This document shows, in pieces, positions 8,703 to 19,198 of a DNA stretch of 64,000 bases; position 1 is the stretch's first letter; the number at the start of each line of letters is the position of its first letter. Source of the DNA: Candidatus Levyibacteriota bacterium (GTDB taxonomy: Bacteria; Patescibacteriota; Microgenomatia; Levybacterales; UBA12049); the NCBI GenBank assembly GCA_041906785.1, contig JAYRIM010000021.1:17881-81880 (forward strand). Reading direction: 5' to 3'. The notes below the pieces were generated by a model that did no database searches, was not told where the DNA came from, and saw only the letters and a list, made by a program, of their open reading frames with translations. Both the position numbers and the translations under genes were made by a program.

Positions 8703-9572
8703 TTAGAGCGAGGAAACGTGGTAATTGTCAAACTCAACATCCATAAAATCAGTTCGGATGCCGGCGTGGCCTTCGTCGAGAATCGCTGGTCCACCAAACT
8801 TCGTACCATCATCTACACCTTCAGCAGCGAGTTGCCAATTTCCAGAATTATCTTTATCAATATATACAGAAATGTGAACAGTATTATCACCATTAGTCCG
8901 TATTTGTGATCGCAAGCCTATCCATGTACCAGAAGGTATAAGATTTGAATGGGAAGAACTATCATATGAGCCGTCGAGGATTTTTTTACTTGCAATAGTA
9001 TAGTACGATCCATTCAATTTCTTTTTTATAACAGCTAATCCGTCTACACGGATCCCTGCATAGTAAAGCGTATCACCATTTCGGTATCTATTAAAAAAAA
9101 GAACGCCGTTTGATTGATTAAAGTTCTCACTTGAGCTGGGGTTATAAGCATTTACTTTAAAATTGATTTGTTGTTGGACATTTTTCCATGTGCCTTTCGT
9201 AACTAAGCGGAAAATATTTTGAGGTTGGAATCCTTCGTTTGTATCTTTAGGATTCGTCTGTTTATAAATCTTCTGCCATAATGATCCTTCTGGAAGTTTT
9301 CCTTGGATGGTTTTTCCAATACCATTCTCTACATAAAAAATCCCTCCTGAGTTTAGCCACCAAAAACTATTTGGGCTAATTAATAAATTTGGTGATTCTT
9401 GGAGTATCTCAGACGTATCAAAAGAGAAGGATGTTTGAGATACTTCATGTAGAACAGATTTCGTTGGCTGTATAAAACTAGTGGGAATAATTTTTTTAAT
9501 ATCCTGAGAAAAAGGAATAAAGAGAATAACAGCAAGCGAAATAAAAATGAAAGGAATCTTTGGCCACATCAT
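8703..9572 (-). CDS. secreted beta-sandwich (concanavalin/LamG-like?) protein, last gene of exopolysaccharide operon
   Basis: Signal-anchor N-terminus, beta-rich; co-directional and tightly spaced (17 nt) after the deacetylase gene. Confidence 0.4.
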   Translation of the reverse strand: MMWPKIPFIFISLAVILFIPFSQDIKKIIPTSFIQPTKSVLHEVSQTSFSFDTSEILQESPNLLISPNSFWWLNSGGIFYVENGIGKTIQGKLPEGSLWQKIYKQTNPKDTNEGFQPQNIFRLVTKGTWKNVQQQINFKVNAYNPSSSENFNQSNGVLFFNRYRNGDTLYYAGIRVDGLAVIKKKLNGSYYTIASKKILDGSYDSSSHSNLIPSGTWIGLRSQIRTNGDNTVHISVYIDKDNSGNWQLAAEGVDDGTKFGGPAILDEGHAGIRTDFMDVEFDNYHVSSL

Positions 9573-9588
9573 CGCTGCATTATAGCAA

Positions 9589-11172
9589 TTAATTTACATC
9601 AAAAGAAGCTTTTTTAATAATTATCTCGCTATTATTTTTATCAAAATCCCAGGTTTTCATAATGACTCCTCCGTGTGATAGAGAAGAGTTAACCTTATCT
9701 GTAGATATAGCTACTTTACCATTTATAGAACAATTCGCTGTCTGACCCTTAACTGACATACTTAACTGCAATTGTGCTGAGGGAATGATAAACTGTTTCC
9801 CTTGTTTTTTTATAGCTAACTGCTTCGTTTTCCCATTTACTTTTTGTTCAATTGTTACATAATCATTAATAAAATTACATTCTAAATAATTGTCTATATC
9901 TTGAAAACGAGAGGTAATTGTAAATGTTGACCCTTTTTTTATTTCGACATTTGTACTTATTTTATAATCTCCCCAAGCATATGTTCCGTCCAGGTATGTA
10001 GAACTACCATTTTCATTCTTTATGGGTTCCATAATAAGTTCGTTATTTTCTTTCTTTATGTTACCCCAAATAGAAACCCAGCCATTATTTTTCTTGAAGT
10101 CATCAGTATACGGAAGCGATTTTTGCCGACCTCTTTCCAACGTCTGTATGAGATCTTCTCCTGTCCAATCGTGCTTTACATCAATACGCTTTACGAGAAA
10201 TGCATGTTTATCAGGATAGTTATATGAATATGGAGTTTTTGCAGTCATCCAATACTGGTGAAAACCAAGGGAATACACCTTTTTACTTGCATCAAGAATA
10301 TATGTATCTGTATTATTATTAATCCCATAATCTCCAAAAGGATACGCAAAACCAATACTTTTAACATGAAAAGTTTTTTCAAGTTCAGTTTTCGCATCAT
10401 TCATATCTTTAAAAATGCGCTGTTTATATTCTTCTTCAGTTTCTAACCGATTTTTATCTGCAAGCCATAATCTACTACTATAGTAATGTCCCTCTCCATT
10501 TGGGTCAGGTGTCTGGTAGACATCATGTCCGTCTTTCGTATGAGCCTGAACATCCCATCTTCCCGTCTGTATCACTCTTCTTATTTCGTTAGCTGATAGG
10601 TAATAGGTAGAACCTTTTCCAGCCGAATATTTAAGAATAATAAACGTGACTCCTCGAAAATCTAAAGCATTAAAAATAGGATCAACAGGGTAGTAGCTTG
10701 CTTTCGAACCATCATCAAACGTAATAAGAATTGATTTGTCAGGAAGTGATCTTTTTTCTTGCATGAAATCATAAAAATCCTGCATGCTGACTGGTGTATA
10801 TCCATTTGCTTTTAAGGCAAACATTTGTTCTTTAAATGTACTCATAGGAATATTCTCTCCTGTATTTCGGTCTTGAATAGTATGATAAACAAGAACAGGA
10901 ATGGCTGTTGCTTTTGAAGTATTTTCCTTCTTCTTTTCTTCACCATATAAAGACCCGATAATATCAGTGAAGGATTTATGAGCGTATATTCCATATTCAA
11001 TTTTTATTTTCATCACATCTATCGAAGATGACACAGCGTGAAGCAAAGAAGAATTAATTGGAAGGTGTGTACTGCCATATAATAAACTACCTAATAGGAA
11101 TACTAATAATAAACTGAAAATAATCTGTAAAAAAGATGTATGTCTTCGTAACTTTTTTTCTTGTTTTTTCAT
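9589..11172 (-). CDS. polysaccharide deacetylase (NodB homology domain) with N-terminal TM anchor and C-terminal beta-rich domain
   Basis: TFDDGSKASYYPVDPIF (NodB motif 1 TFDDG), HTKDGHD His motif; 2-nt gap to upstream GT2. Confidence 0.7.
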   Translation of the reverse strand: MKKQEKKLRRHTSFLQIIFSLLLVFLLGSLLYGSTHLPINSSLLHAVSSSIDVMKIKIEYGIYAHKSFTDIIGSLYGEEKKKENTSKATAIPVLVYHTIQDRNTGENIPMSTFKEQMFALKANGYTPVSMQDFYDFMQEKRSLPDKSILITFDDGSKASYYPVDPIFNALDFRGVTFIILKYSAGKGSTYYLSANEIRRVIQTGRWDVQAHTKDGHDVYQTPDPNGEGHYYSSRLWLADKNRLETEEEYKQRIFKDMNDAKTELEKTFHVKSIGFAYPFGDYGINNNTDTYILDASKKVYSLGFHQYWMTAKTPYSYNYPDKHAFLVKRIDVKHDWTGEDLIQTLERGRQKSLPYTDDFKKNNGWVSIWGNIKKENNELIMEPIKNENGSSTYLDGTYAWGDYKISTNVEIKKGSTFTITSRFQDIDNYLECNFINDYVTIEQKVNGKTKQLAIKKQGKQFIIPSAQLQLSMSVKGQTANCSINGKVAISTDKVNSSLSHGGVIMKTWDFDKNNSEIIIKKASFDVN

Positions 11173-11173
11173 A

Positions 11174-12505
11174 TTATCTCGTACTCCATTTTCTATCTTG
11201 GATTCTTATAAGGGAGTAGTAAAGAATGAATGATAAGAAAAACATATTGATGGATGACCAGACAAAAATATACTTCCAATACTTGCTTTTACGGTCTACT
11301 GATAAGTAATAGAGAGTCACGATACATGCGATAAGAAAAATACCAAGAACATATGTAACTGGAAAAATGTGATTAATAAAAGGATTATAAATAAGAGCAA
11401 GCGTAGCCATAATCGGTGTCATAAGTGTTAATAAGAATAATGGTAGAAAATATGTTACTGCTACGAATGGCTGGTTTTTATAAATAAATTTCATTGCAAA
11501 AATAGAATTTATAAACCAACTTTTCTTCCAGCGAATTTGTTGTTTAAGAAACTGTTTAAATGTCTCAGGGACGATAGTATACGCTTGGACTTCATCTGCA
11601 TATACGGTAAGATAGTTACTTCGAAGAACCCAATTCGTTAAGGATCTATCATCTCCCCACATGACCGGTTTTCCGAGGAATGTTTCGTTTTGCCATTTAT
11701 TAATAATCGGTAAAATCACACTTTTTCTATATGCGGATGCGCAACCACTGCAGCAAAACACAGTTAAGAAGGTCGATTCAGCAGCTTTCAAAATACGAAA
11801 TGACATGAAATAGTAAGCTGCTTGCATTTTTGTTAACCAGTTTTTATCTGCGTTTACTGGGGAAGCATGAGCACAGACTGCGCCTATTTCACTATGTAAA
11901 AACGGCTGGATAATTTTTCTAATAGCATTTGGTTGTAAATAGCTGTCACTATCTAGCTGGATTACAATTTCCCCTTTCGTTAATCGAAAACCTTCAGCCA
12001 TGGCGTGTCGTTTCCCTCGGTTTTCTTCCCAATGAACTACTGTTAAACGGGAAAATTCTTTTTTCAGATTATCTAAAATTTCTTTAGTCTTATCTGTACT
12101 TCCATCGTTAATGACAATTACTTCGAATTTATCAGCTGGATATTCTGCTTGAAAACATTTTCGAATATTCTTTTCTATCGATTTCTCCTCATTTTTACAT
12201 GGAATAACAAATGAAACAGAGGGTGTAAAGTGTTCAATGTCTTCAGTTTCAAGATGGGATGTGATTTTTCTATAAGATTTTTTATACAGCATTGCACCTA
12301 GGATACGTGATAACTGGAAAACAGTGACGAAGACAGTGTAAGAGAAGATATAAGGATGTTGCCAAATCTCTACAACATCATCTGATTTCATATAAATAAT
12401 AGAGAGTAATACGATAAATCCAAGAAATGCTAAAAACATCTGGAAAAGTATTTCCTTCGCGGATGGAAAAGAGAAAAATTGTTTTGCTGAAATTAATGTT
12501 TTCAT
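11174..12505 (-). CDS. processive family-2 glycosyltransferase, HasA/NodC-like polysaccharide synthase
   Basis: DGSTD, DSDS (DxD), CCSGCASAYRKSV, GDDRSLTNW and QQIRWKKSW (QxxRW) motifs closely parallel class I hyaluronan synthase CSGPLSIYRREV / GDDRCLTNYA / QQNRWNKS; N- and C-terminal TM helices. Confidence 0.75.
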   Translation of the reverse strand: MKTLISAKQFFSFPSAKEILFQMFLAFLGFIVLLSIIYMKSDDVVEIWQHPYIFSYTVFVTVFQLSRILGAMLYKKSYRKITSHLETEDIEHFTPSVSFVIPCKNEEKSIEKNIRKCFQAEYPADKFEVIVINDGSTDKTKEILDNLKKEFSRLTVVHWEENRGKRHAMAEGFRLTKGEIVIQLDSDSYLQPNAIRKIIQPFLHSEIGAVCAHASPVNADKNWLTKMQAAYYFMSFRILKAAESTFLTVFCCSGCASAYRKSVILPIINKWQNETFLGKPVMWGDDRSLTNWVLRSNYLTVYADEVQAYTIVPETFKQFLKQQIRWKKSWFINSIFAMKFIYKNQPFVAVTYFLPLFLLTLMTPIMATLALIYNPFINHIFPVTYVLGIFLIACIVTLYYLSVDRKSKYWKYIFVWSSINMFFLSFILYYSLIRIQDRKWSTR

Positions 12506-12506
12506 A

Positions 12507-13841
12507 TTATCTGCCTATACCTTTATAAGTAATTCCTGCTTTTTGAAAATCTTCTTTCGGAAGACAGTTTCGTCCGTCAACGATAACTTTTATACCAAGT
12601 CTCTTAAGTTTTGCAGGAGTTAAGTTAACAAACTCGGTATGTGCAGTAGCTATAAGGATAGCTTTCGTATTCTTTAATGCTGCGGATAGTGTTTCTTCGG
12701 TAGATTTATTTATAAGATATGGATCAAAAATAGCCACATCTGCACCACGTTCTTTTAATAATTTAATAATTTCATATGATGGACTTTCTCGATCATCATC
12801 GATATTTGCTTTATATGACAATCCTAAAACTGCAATTCTTGTTCCATTTATGGCTAGTTTATGTTCATTAAGTCCTTGTTCGAGTTGCTCAATAGTAAAA
12901 TGAGGCATTTTATTATTAATTCTTCTCGCTAAAGAAAGAAATTCATGGTAAAAACCATTTTTCTTCGCATATTCAATCAGGTAATATGGATCGACAGGAA
13001 TACAGTGGCCTCCAACACCGGCTCCTGGAAAGTGCGGCATAAAAGAGAAAGGTTTCGTTGCAGCGCCTTCGATAACATGTACGACGTCAATGCCTAAATG
13101 AGAAAAGGACATGGCAAGTTCGTTCACAAATGCAATATTTATATCTCGAAATGCATTTTCTACCACTTTTACCGCTTCTGCTTCCTTTAAGGAATGCATT
13201 TGTTTTACTTCGCCTTTAATGATCGATTTGTAAAAAGCAGTGGCTTTTTTTAATGAAATTTGGTTAAATGCTCCGACGACACGATTAATGTTTTCAACAT
13301 TCCATTTTGTATCTCCCGGGTTAATACGTTCAGGGCAATGTGCGAGATAAAAGTCCTTTCCAGCGATTAGGCCAGATTTTTCTTCTAAGATTGGCAGTAC
13401 AACATCATCAGATACACCAGGATTTACAGTGGATTCGAGGATAACTAATTGTCCTTTTTGTAGATATTTTGCAATATTCTCGGTTGCGGAAATTACAGGT
13501 TCTAAATCAGGAGTATAATCAAGATGAACTGGTGTGGGAACACAAATAATAATCGTTGATGCATTTTTTAGATCAGAATAGTCAGTAGAAGCAATAAGAG
13601 AAGATTTTCTGAGTAATTTCGCTAGTGTTTCATCATAGAATGGGACAACTTTATTATTAATCTGGGCTGCTTTTTTCGGATTTCGTACGACCCCCACAAC
13701 CTCGTACCCTTTTCTATTAGCAAGAAGGGCAAGTGGTAATCCAACATATCCTAAACCTATAATAGCCATTTTCTTTGTATTAAGCGTTTGCGTTGATGCC
13801 ATAAAAAAACCAGTTTTAATAAAACTGGACAGTTTTGGCAT
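12507..13841 (-). CDS. nucleotide-sugar dehydrogenase, UDP-N-acetyl-hexosamine 6-dehydrogenase type (WbpA/TviB/WecC-like)
   Basis: N-terminal Rossmann KKMAIIGLGYVGLPLA; catalytic GGHCIPVDPYYL matches the UDP-GlcNAc/ManNAc dehydrogenase signature GGHCIxVDPYY rather than UgdH GGSCFPKD. Confidence 0.7.
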   Translation of the reverse strand: MPKLSSFIKTGFFMASTQTLNTKKMAIIGLGYVGLPLALLANRKGYEVVGVVRNPKKAAQINNKVVPFYDETLAKLLRKSSLIASTDYSDLKNASTIIICVPTPVHLDYTPDLEPVISATENIAKYLQKGQLVILESTVNPGVSDDVVLPILEEKSGLIAGKDFYLAHCPERINPGDTKWNVENINRVVGAFNQISLKKATAFYKSIIKGEVKQMHSLKEAEAVKVVENAFRDINIAFVNELAMSFSHLGIDVVHVIEGAATKPFSFMPHFPGAGVGGHCIPVDPYYLIEYAKKNGFYHEFLSLARRINNKMPHFTIEQLEQGLNEHKLAINGTRIAVLGLSYKANIDDDRESPSYEIIKLLKERGADVAIFDPYLINKSTEETLSAALKNTKAILIATAHTEFVNLTPAKLKRLGIKVIVDGRNCLPKEDFQKAGITYKGIGR

Positions 13842-13913
13842 TATACTATAGTTTTTCCTATAAGTCTAGTAGTAATAGGAAACCAGCCTTGGTGGATTAA
13901 TTATTTGGACGAT

Positions 13914-14183
13914 TTAAGTTTGGTCGAGAGGTGAATTTTCGAGGTCTGGGTCATTTACTGTGCTTGGCTTTTCAGGTTTTACCACATCGGATGCTGGAAT
14001 AGGGATAACTATTTCAGCCTGATTTGTAGGTTCGAAAACAGGCTCTCGGATAAACTGTAAATCCATGTTTCGTAAATCTGACTGAAGTATTCCACGGGAA
14101 GACCACCCAAGAATAAAAAATAAAGGGAGAATAAGAAGAATCATCCAGAAAGAGAGAGATTGTCTATCGTCAATTTGATACAT
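13914..14183 (-). CDS. small membrane protein, hypothetical
   Basis: 89-aa ORF with one TM segment upstream of EPS operon. Confidence 0.3.
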   Translation of the reverse strand: MYQIDDRQSLSFWMILLILPLFFILGWSSRGILQSDLRNMDLQFIREPVFEPTNQAEIVIPIPASDVVKPEKPSTVNDPDLENSPLDQT

Positions 14184-14296
14184 ATATTGATACCTGTAGT
14201 CTAACTTTAGAGACGAAAAGGTATAACAGATCTATTTATAATCTTCAGGCGTTAAGAATAAAAAAGAAGAGGGTAAGAAATAAGTTACAATTACTA

Positions 14297-14328
14297 GTTA
14301 TGAGTTATGAGTTATGAGTTATGAGTTA
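14297..14328. repeat. tandem heptamer repeat (GTTATGA) x4.5
   Basis: gttatgagttatgagttatgagttatgagtta read directly. Confidence 0.9.
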
Positions 14329-14730
14329 GGGGTGGGTAGAATCGTGCCGCAAGGGGAGGCATGGTATTTCAGCTCTAAGTGAGCTGGTCTTAGAGAGCTG
14401 GGCGCTCTCTTTAGACAACCATACCGCCCCTGCGGCTAAGAACCTTGTGAGTCACTACGTTGACCACCTTTCCCCGTAAGGGGAAAATACCTACAAGAGG
14501 TGGTAGTTCAGCGGAGCGCTGACAAGGGCTCCCTTACGGGAGCAAATTTTCAAATCTTGACCGTGGAACCGGTTATGTTTTCTCCCGAGGGAGAAGCCAA
14601 TTTCCGTTCCTAAAGAGGAACGAAAACATCCATCCCGAAAGATGGTGGCTGCCTCTTGCGAGGCAAAACCGGTTCGTCGTTCCCCAAACGATCAAGTATA
14701 GGGGGAGAATACCATGATCCTCCCGCCTGT
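14329..14730 (+). ncRNA. candidate large structured ncRNA (about 400 nt, GC-rich, no ORF) with long-range closing helix and numerous tetraloop hairpins; class not identified
   Basis: 5' GGGGAGGCATGGTAT (14351-14365) pairs with 3' ATACCATGATCCTCCC (14710-14725). Internal hairpins: CCCCgtaaGGGG, GGGCTCCCttacGGGAGC, CGTTCCTaaagAGGAACG, CATCccgaaaGATG, GCCTCttgcGAGGC. No ORF over 60 aa on either strand across 14184-15170. Confidence 0.35.
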
Positions 14731-14852
14731 ACCCGATCGTTTATTAATTTCAATGTAAAAGTTCACTAAAAGAAATCGCTTTCTTTCAAGAAGAATCCTT
14801 TTATATCATGTTTTGCATTCTTTGTCAAGACTATAGGGCCTATTTGGTTGTG

Positions 14853-14880
14853 GGTTATGAGTTGAGAGTTGTCTGTTATA
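14853..14880. repeat. degenerate heptamer-type repeat GGTTATGAGTTGAGAGTTGTCTGTTATA
   Basis: Same GTTATGA/GTTGTC word family as 14297, 24105, 25877. Confidence 0.6.
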
Positions 14881-14883
14881 AAC

Positions 14884-14958
14884 AAAGAGACAAAAGAGCC
14901 CAGAAGGAAGTAATTATCCTTTGGCTCCTCTGGCTCATTTGACTCATCTCTCTCTTTG
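14884..14958. repeat. composite palindromic intergenic repeat, copy 1 (degenerate)
   Basis: Words GAGACAAAAGAGCCCAGAAGG ... CCTTTGGCTCCTCTGGCTC shared with copies at 22352, 33161, 40699, 47231, 49151. Confidence 0.5.
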
Positions 14959-15228
14959 ATTATTGCTTATGGTGGTGATTGCTATACCTCTAAAATTGAA
15001 CTATAATTATTGATTGACTTAAGCTAAAAATTCATACGAATGAGTTGAAATTGTCCTATTTATACATACAAATTATTACGAACATACATTGACAATTACT
15101 TACTATGGAAACAATCCGCATAAAAGGTGCCCGAGAGCACCCCAGTATAACGTTTACCTTCTCCCGAGGTCTACGTCCTCGCGTCGAAGGAGCTCGTATA
15201 CGGGGCAAGCAACTTAAATATAATTAAT

Positions 15229-18135
15229 ATGGAAAAAATTATAATTCGTGGAGCTAGAGAACATAATCTTAAAAACGTTAATTTGGAAATTCCGAAAAAT
15301 AAACTAGTGGTTTTTACTGGTTTATCAGGAAGTGGAAAATCATCTCTCGCCTTTGACACGATTTATGCCGAAGGACAACGCCGGTATGTAGAGAGTTTAT
15401 CTTCATATGCTCGTCAGTTTTTAGGAACGATGAAAAAACCCGATGTGGACCTTATCGAAGGGTTATCTCCGGCAATTTCTATTGACCAGAAATCTACTTC
15501 ACATAATCCACGTTCGACAGTCGGGACAGTTACTGAAATTTATGATTATCTTCGTTTATTATTCGCCCGAGTAGGGCATCCTCATTGTCCAAAATGTGGA
15601 AGAGAAATAGCCCGACAGTCTAAAGAGCAGATTACAAATGCTATTGCGGATCTAACACAGCAGTATCCGCAACTTGGTAAAAAACCGCTACGCACATTAA
15701 TCATGGCACCACTTGTGAAAGATAGAAAAGGTGAATATACAGAGATGTTTACTAGTCTGCGGAAACGGGGATATTCAAAAGTCCGTATTGATGGGAGAGT
15801 ATATGGACTTGATGAAAAAATTGTACTGATTAAGACAAATAAACATAGTATTGATCTTATTATTGATAGCATTGTTATCAATAAAGAAACAGATCGGACT
15901 CGTTTAGCAACTGACGTAGAACAGGCACTGCAATTCGGTAATGGAGAAATGATCGTCGGCGTTATCCATGATGCTTCATTCGACATTCCTGATAAGCCTG
16001 AACAGATCGAAGACCATTTATATTCTGAAAAATTTGCATGTCCAGTAGATAATATTTCTATTTCCGAAGTTGAGCCACGTATTTTTTCTTTTAATACACC
16101 CCATGGAGCATGTCCTGAATGTTCTGGTCTTGGCCGTGTTTTAGATGTAGATAAGGATTTAGTTTTTAATAAAGATTTATCTATTAATGAAGGAGGAATC
16201 TTGCCTTTCTTCAATATGATGATGAATGATACATGGATGTCACGGACGTTTAAGACATTTTGTAAAGAAAATGGACTTCCTATGGATAAACGACTTGGAG
16301 CATTATCAGAAGAACAAATCAATTTATTGTTGTACGGAACAGGAGACCGACAATATTATGTAAAAGGAGAAAATAGATGGGGAATGTCTACAGCGATTCG
16401 TGAATCATTTAAAGGAATTTCTTATGAATTAAAACGCCGCTATTCAGAATCAGATTCAGAATATGTTAAAGCGCAGATCGAAAAGTTCATGCGATATGAA
16501 GTTTGCCATGTTTGTGAAGGTGCACGGTTAAAACCAGAAGCTCTTTCAGTTACGATAGAAAAAGAGTCTATTGTCGCAGTTTCAGAGATGTCTATCCGGG
16601 ATGCCTTAGCATTTATCGAATCACTACCGAGTAAAATGTCTGATAGAGAAAATGAAATAGGCCGCTTAATTCTCCGTGAAATTCGACAACGTCTCTCTTT
16701 CTTGGTAGATGTAGGACTCGATTATTTAACACTTGCAAGAAGTGCAGCAACTTTAGCAGGCGGAGAAGCACAACGTATTCGCTTGGCATCACAAATAGGG
16801 AGTGGTTTAACCGGTGTGCTGTATGTTCTCGATGAACCATCTATTGGTTTACACCAGCGTGATAATACGAAATTAATAGAAACGCTTAAAAAACTCCGTG
16901 GGTTAGGAAATACTGTACTTGTGGTCGAGCATGATGAAGATACTATGAAAGCAGCGGATTATATTTATGATTTCGGTCCTGGAGCTGGGGTACATGGAGG
17001 AAATATAGTCGCCAAGGGAACATATGAAGAACTTGGGAAAAATCCCGCATCTATCACTGGCGAGTATCTTTCTGGAAAGAAAAAAATACAGATCAGGAAA
17101 ACAGAAAAAGGTGTCGGAGTGGACATGGATGGAAAGGAAAGCTCAATTACTATTCTCGGAGCAACTGAACATAATTTAAAAAATATTGACGTAACTTTTC
17201 CGCTTCACAAACTAGTAGTTGTGACAGGCGTTTCTGGATCGGGTAAGTCAACATTAGTGAATGACATTTTTTATCATGCACTGATGCAAGCGAAAAATCC
17301 ATATCATCGTCAGAAACCAGGAGCACATAAAGCTATTGCAGGCCATGAGGAAATTAAGAATATTTTTCTTATAGACCAATCGCCGATTGGGAGAACTCCC
17401 CGAAGTAATCCTATTACGTATACTGGAGCATTTAACTATATTAGAGATTTGTTTGCGAGTACCAAGGAAGCGAAATTGCGTGGATATGGTCCCGGACGAT
17501 TTTCATTTAACGTTAAAGGTGGTCGATGTGAAGCATGTGAAGGTGAAGGGCAAATAAAAATCGAAATGCAGTTTCTACCGGATGTCTATGTTACATGTGA
17601 AGTTTGTGGCGGAAAACAATATAATAATGAAGCATTAGAAATATTGTTTAATAGTAAGAATATCGCAGATGTTCTTCAGATGACTGTAGCAGAAGCAACA
17701 GCGTTTTTTTCATTCGTTCCTGGTCTAGCTCATAAACTTCAAACACTGAATGATGTAGGTTTATCATATATTCGTCTCGGTCAACCCGCACCGACATTAT
17801 CTGGAGGAGAAGCCCAACGCGTGAAACTAGCTTCAGAGCTTTCAAAGAAAGGCAAAGGAGCTATTTATCTTCTCGATGAACCAACTACAGGTTTGCATTT
17901 CGCTGATTTAGAAAAATTACTACTGGTTTTCAGAAAGTTAGTTGATTTAGGAAATACAATTATCGTGATAGAACATAACTTGGATGTGATCAAAAATGCT
18001 GACTATATTATTGATTTAGGTCCAGAAGGTGGAGATAAAGGTGGAGAAATTGTCGCTCTAGGTACACCTGAAGAAGTCGCTAAGATTGACAGATCATACA
18101 CAGGACAATTCCTCAAGAAAGTCCTCAAATCCTGA
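15229..18135 (+). CDS. uvrA: excinuclease ABC subunit A
   Basis: 968 aa; N-terminal [13 protein letters not shown]...[23 protein letters not shown]; two ABC modules with Walker [11 protein letters not shown], signature LSGGEAQR twice; zinc-finger CxxC pairs. Confidence 0.95.
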   Translation: MEKIIIRGAREHNLKNVNLEIPKNKLVVFTGLSGSGKSSLAFDTIYAEGQRRYVESLSSYARQFLGTMKKPDVDLIEGLSPAISIDQKSTSHNPRSTVGTVTEIYDYLRLLFARVGHPHCPKCGREIARQSKEQITNAIADLTQQYPQLGKKPLRTLIMAPLVKDRKGEYTEMFTSLRKRGYSKVRIDGRVYGLDEKIVLIKTNKHSIDLIIDSIVINKETDRTRLATDVEQALQFGNGEMIVGVIHDASFDIPDKPEQIEDHLYSEKFACPVDNISISEVEPRIFSFNTPHGACPECSGLGRVLDVDKDLVFNKDLSINEGGILPFFNMMMNDTWMSRTFKTFCKENGLPMDKRLGALSEEQINLLLYGTGDRQYYVKGENRWGMSTAIRESFKGISYELKRRYSESDSEYVKAQIEKFMRYEVCHVCEGARLKPEALSVTIEKESIVAVSEMSIRDALAFIESLPSKMSDRENEIGRLILREIRQRLSFLVDVGLDYLTLARSAATLAGGEAQRIRLASQIGSGLTGVLYVLDEPSIGLHQRDNTKLIETLKKLRGLGNTVLVVEHDEDTMKAADYIYDFGPGAGVHGGNIVAKGTYEELGKNPASITGEYLSGKKKIQIRKTEKGVGVDMDGKESSITILGATEHNLKNIDVTFPLHKLVVVTGVSGSGKSTLVNDIFYHALMQAKNPYHRQKPGAHKAIAGHEEIKNIFLIDQSPIGRTPRSNPITYTGAFNYIRDLFASTKEAKLRGYGPGRFSFNVKGGRCEACEGEGQIKIEMQFLPDVYVTCEVCGGKQYNNEALEILFNSKNIADVLQMTVAEATAFFSFVPGLAHKLQTLNDVGLSYIRLGQPAPTLSGGEAQRVKLASELSKKGKGAIYLLDEPTTGLHFADLEKLLLVFRKLVDLGNTIIVIEHNLDVIKNADYIIDLGPEGGDKGGEIVALGTPEEVAKIDRSYTGQFLKKVLKS

Positions 18136-18182
18136 TGTGTCTACGATGTACACACCCGATGTGGGTTTTAATGTGGGTTTTA
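18136..18182 (+). repeat. REP-like hairpin element (same family as RAYT flanks) immediately after uvrA stop
   Basis: ATGTGTCTACGATGTACACACCCGATGTGGGTTTTAATGTGGGTTTT, about 80% identical to 8653-8694. Confidence 0.65.
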
Positions 18183-18334
18183 TTTTTTTTACTTATTTCT
18201 ATTATAGGGAGAGGTGGTTGGGTTACCCCAATCTCACAAATGCTCAATAAAGCGCAAAATTGCTTCAAAAAGTTTTTATGGATTATATCCACCTCCCCCC
18301 GATGTTAAATAGGGGGGAACGCAACGCAATAAGT

Positions 18335-18995
18335 TTATCTGATAGGAACTACTTCAACTGAGCCACTGTTACCTACTTTGACCTGCCAACGCTGAGTCAT
18401 CGTAGGTCCACAGACGAACTTAACGACCAAGCGTACGTTAAACACACCAGGATCTACATACACATGAGTCGCAGTTGGCATGGAACTTGTTATCGGAGAA
18501 GAAGCACCTCCATCTGTCCATATTACATAGCTGCCAGTTATTTCCCCAATCGTAGGTCTCCAGCACGTATCCACTCAATATCTCCGTGAAACACGACTGA
18601 AAAACCGTTCGGATTGATACATGTTTAAAGAAAATGAATGATGGGAAAAAGATAAATTTGTACAGTTAATTGAATATTTTACAGGTAAAATGAGCGTGAA
18701 GTATGAAGAAGAAATGATGGGAGAACGTATTTGAAAATCTATTGTTTCGCTAAACAAGCAACAAAAGATTTTGAAATATTTTCTCCGACATTACGCCACT
18801 ATTGAGTGCGTACTCCAGCACGACTTGTGACGGGATACCCGAATACTTCAACTGGGAACGAAGTTTCTCGTTTCCGGTACATGGCTGTTGATTGCAGGCT
18901 ACCAGAAATAACCCTACTATCAACAAGGTTGCTGAAATTACTAGTCTGTGCACTGGGAAGTCCTTTCTAAGCTTTTGCGTTTGCGTTCCCCTCAA
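18335..18995 (-). pseudogene. possible disrupted gene: lipoprotein-like N-terminus (LLIVGLFLVAC lipobox) followed by two further ORFs in shifted frames
   Basis: Three consecutive minus-strand ORFs (18750..18995, 18575..18757, 18335..18574) in different frames; composition more GC-rich than neighbours. Confidence 0.25.
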
Positions 18996-19198
18996 TGCTT
19001 AATAATTCCATTAGATGAATAAGATTCTTCGCTCTACCCCTGTCTCTCCCGACTTACGTCGGGATCGCAGGCGCGAACTCCTTCGCTTTGCTCAGTCCGT
19101 TTGCTCAGAATGACATTCGGAAATTTACAAAGCAATGAGGGAACACAAATTGTGAAAGAGCGATATTTAATCAAGATAATACTGCCTTTCTATGCAGC

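Noticed and set aside
14329-14730. tmRNA / SRP RNA / RNase P identity for the structured segment
   Set aside because: No tRNA-like 3' end with CCA or tag-peptide reading frame, no SRP domain IV motif, no P4/CR-IV motifs. It is left as an unclassified structured RNA.
15582-16322. 246-aa minus-strand ORF
   Set aside because: It lies entirely antisense within uvrA, whose identity is unambiguous.
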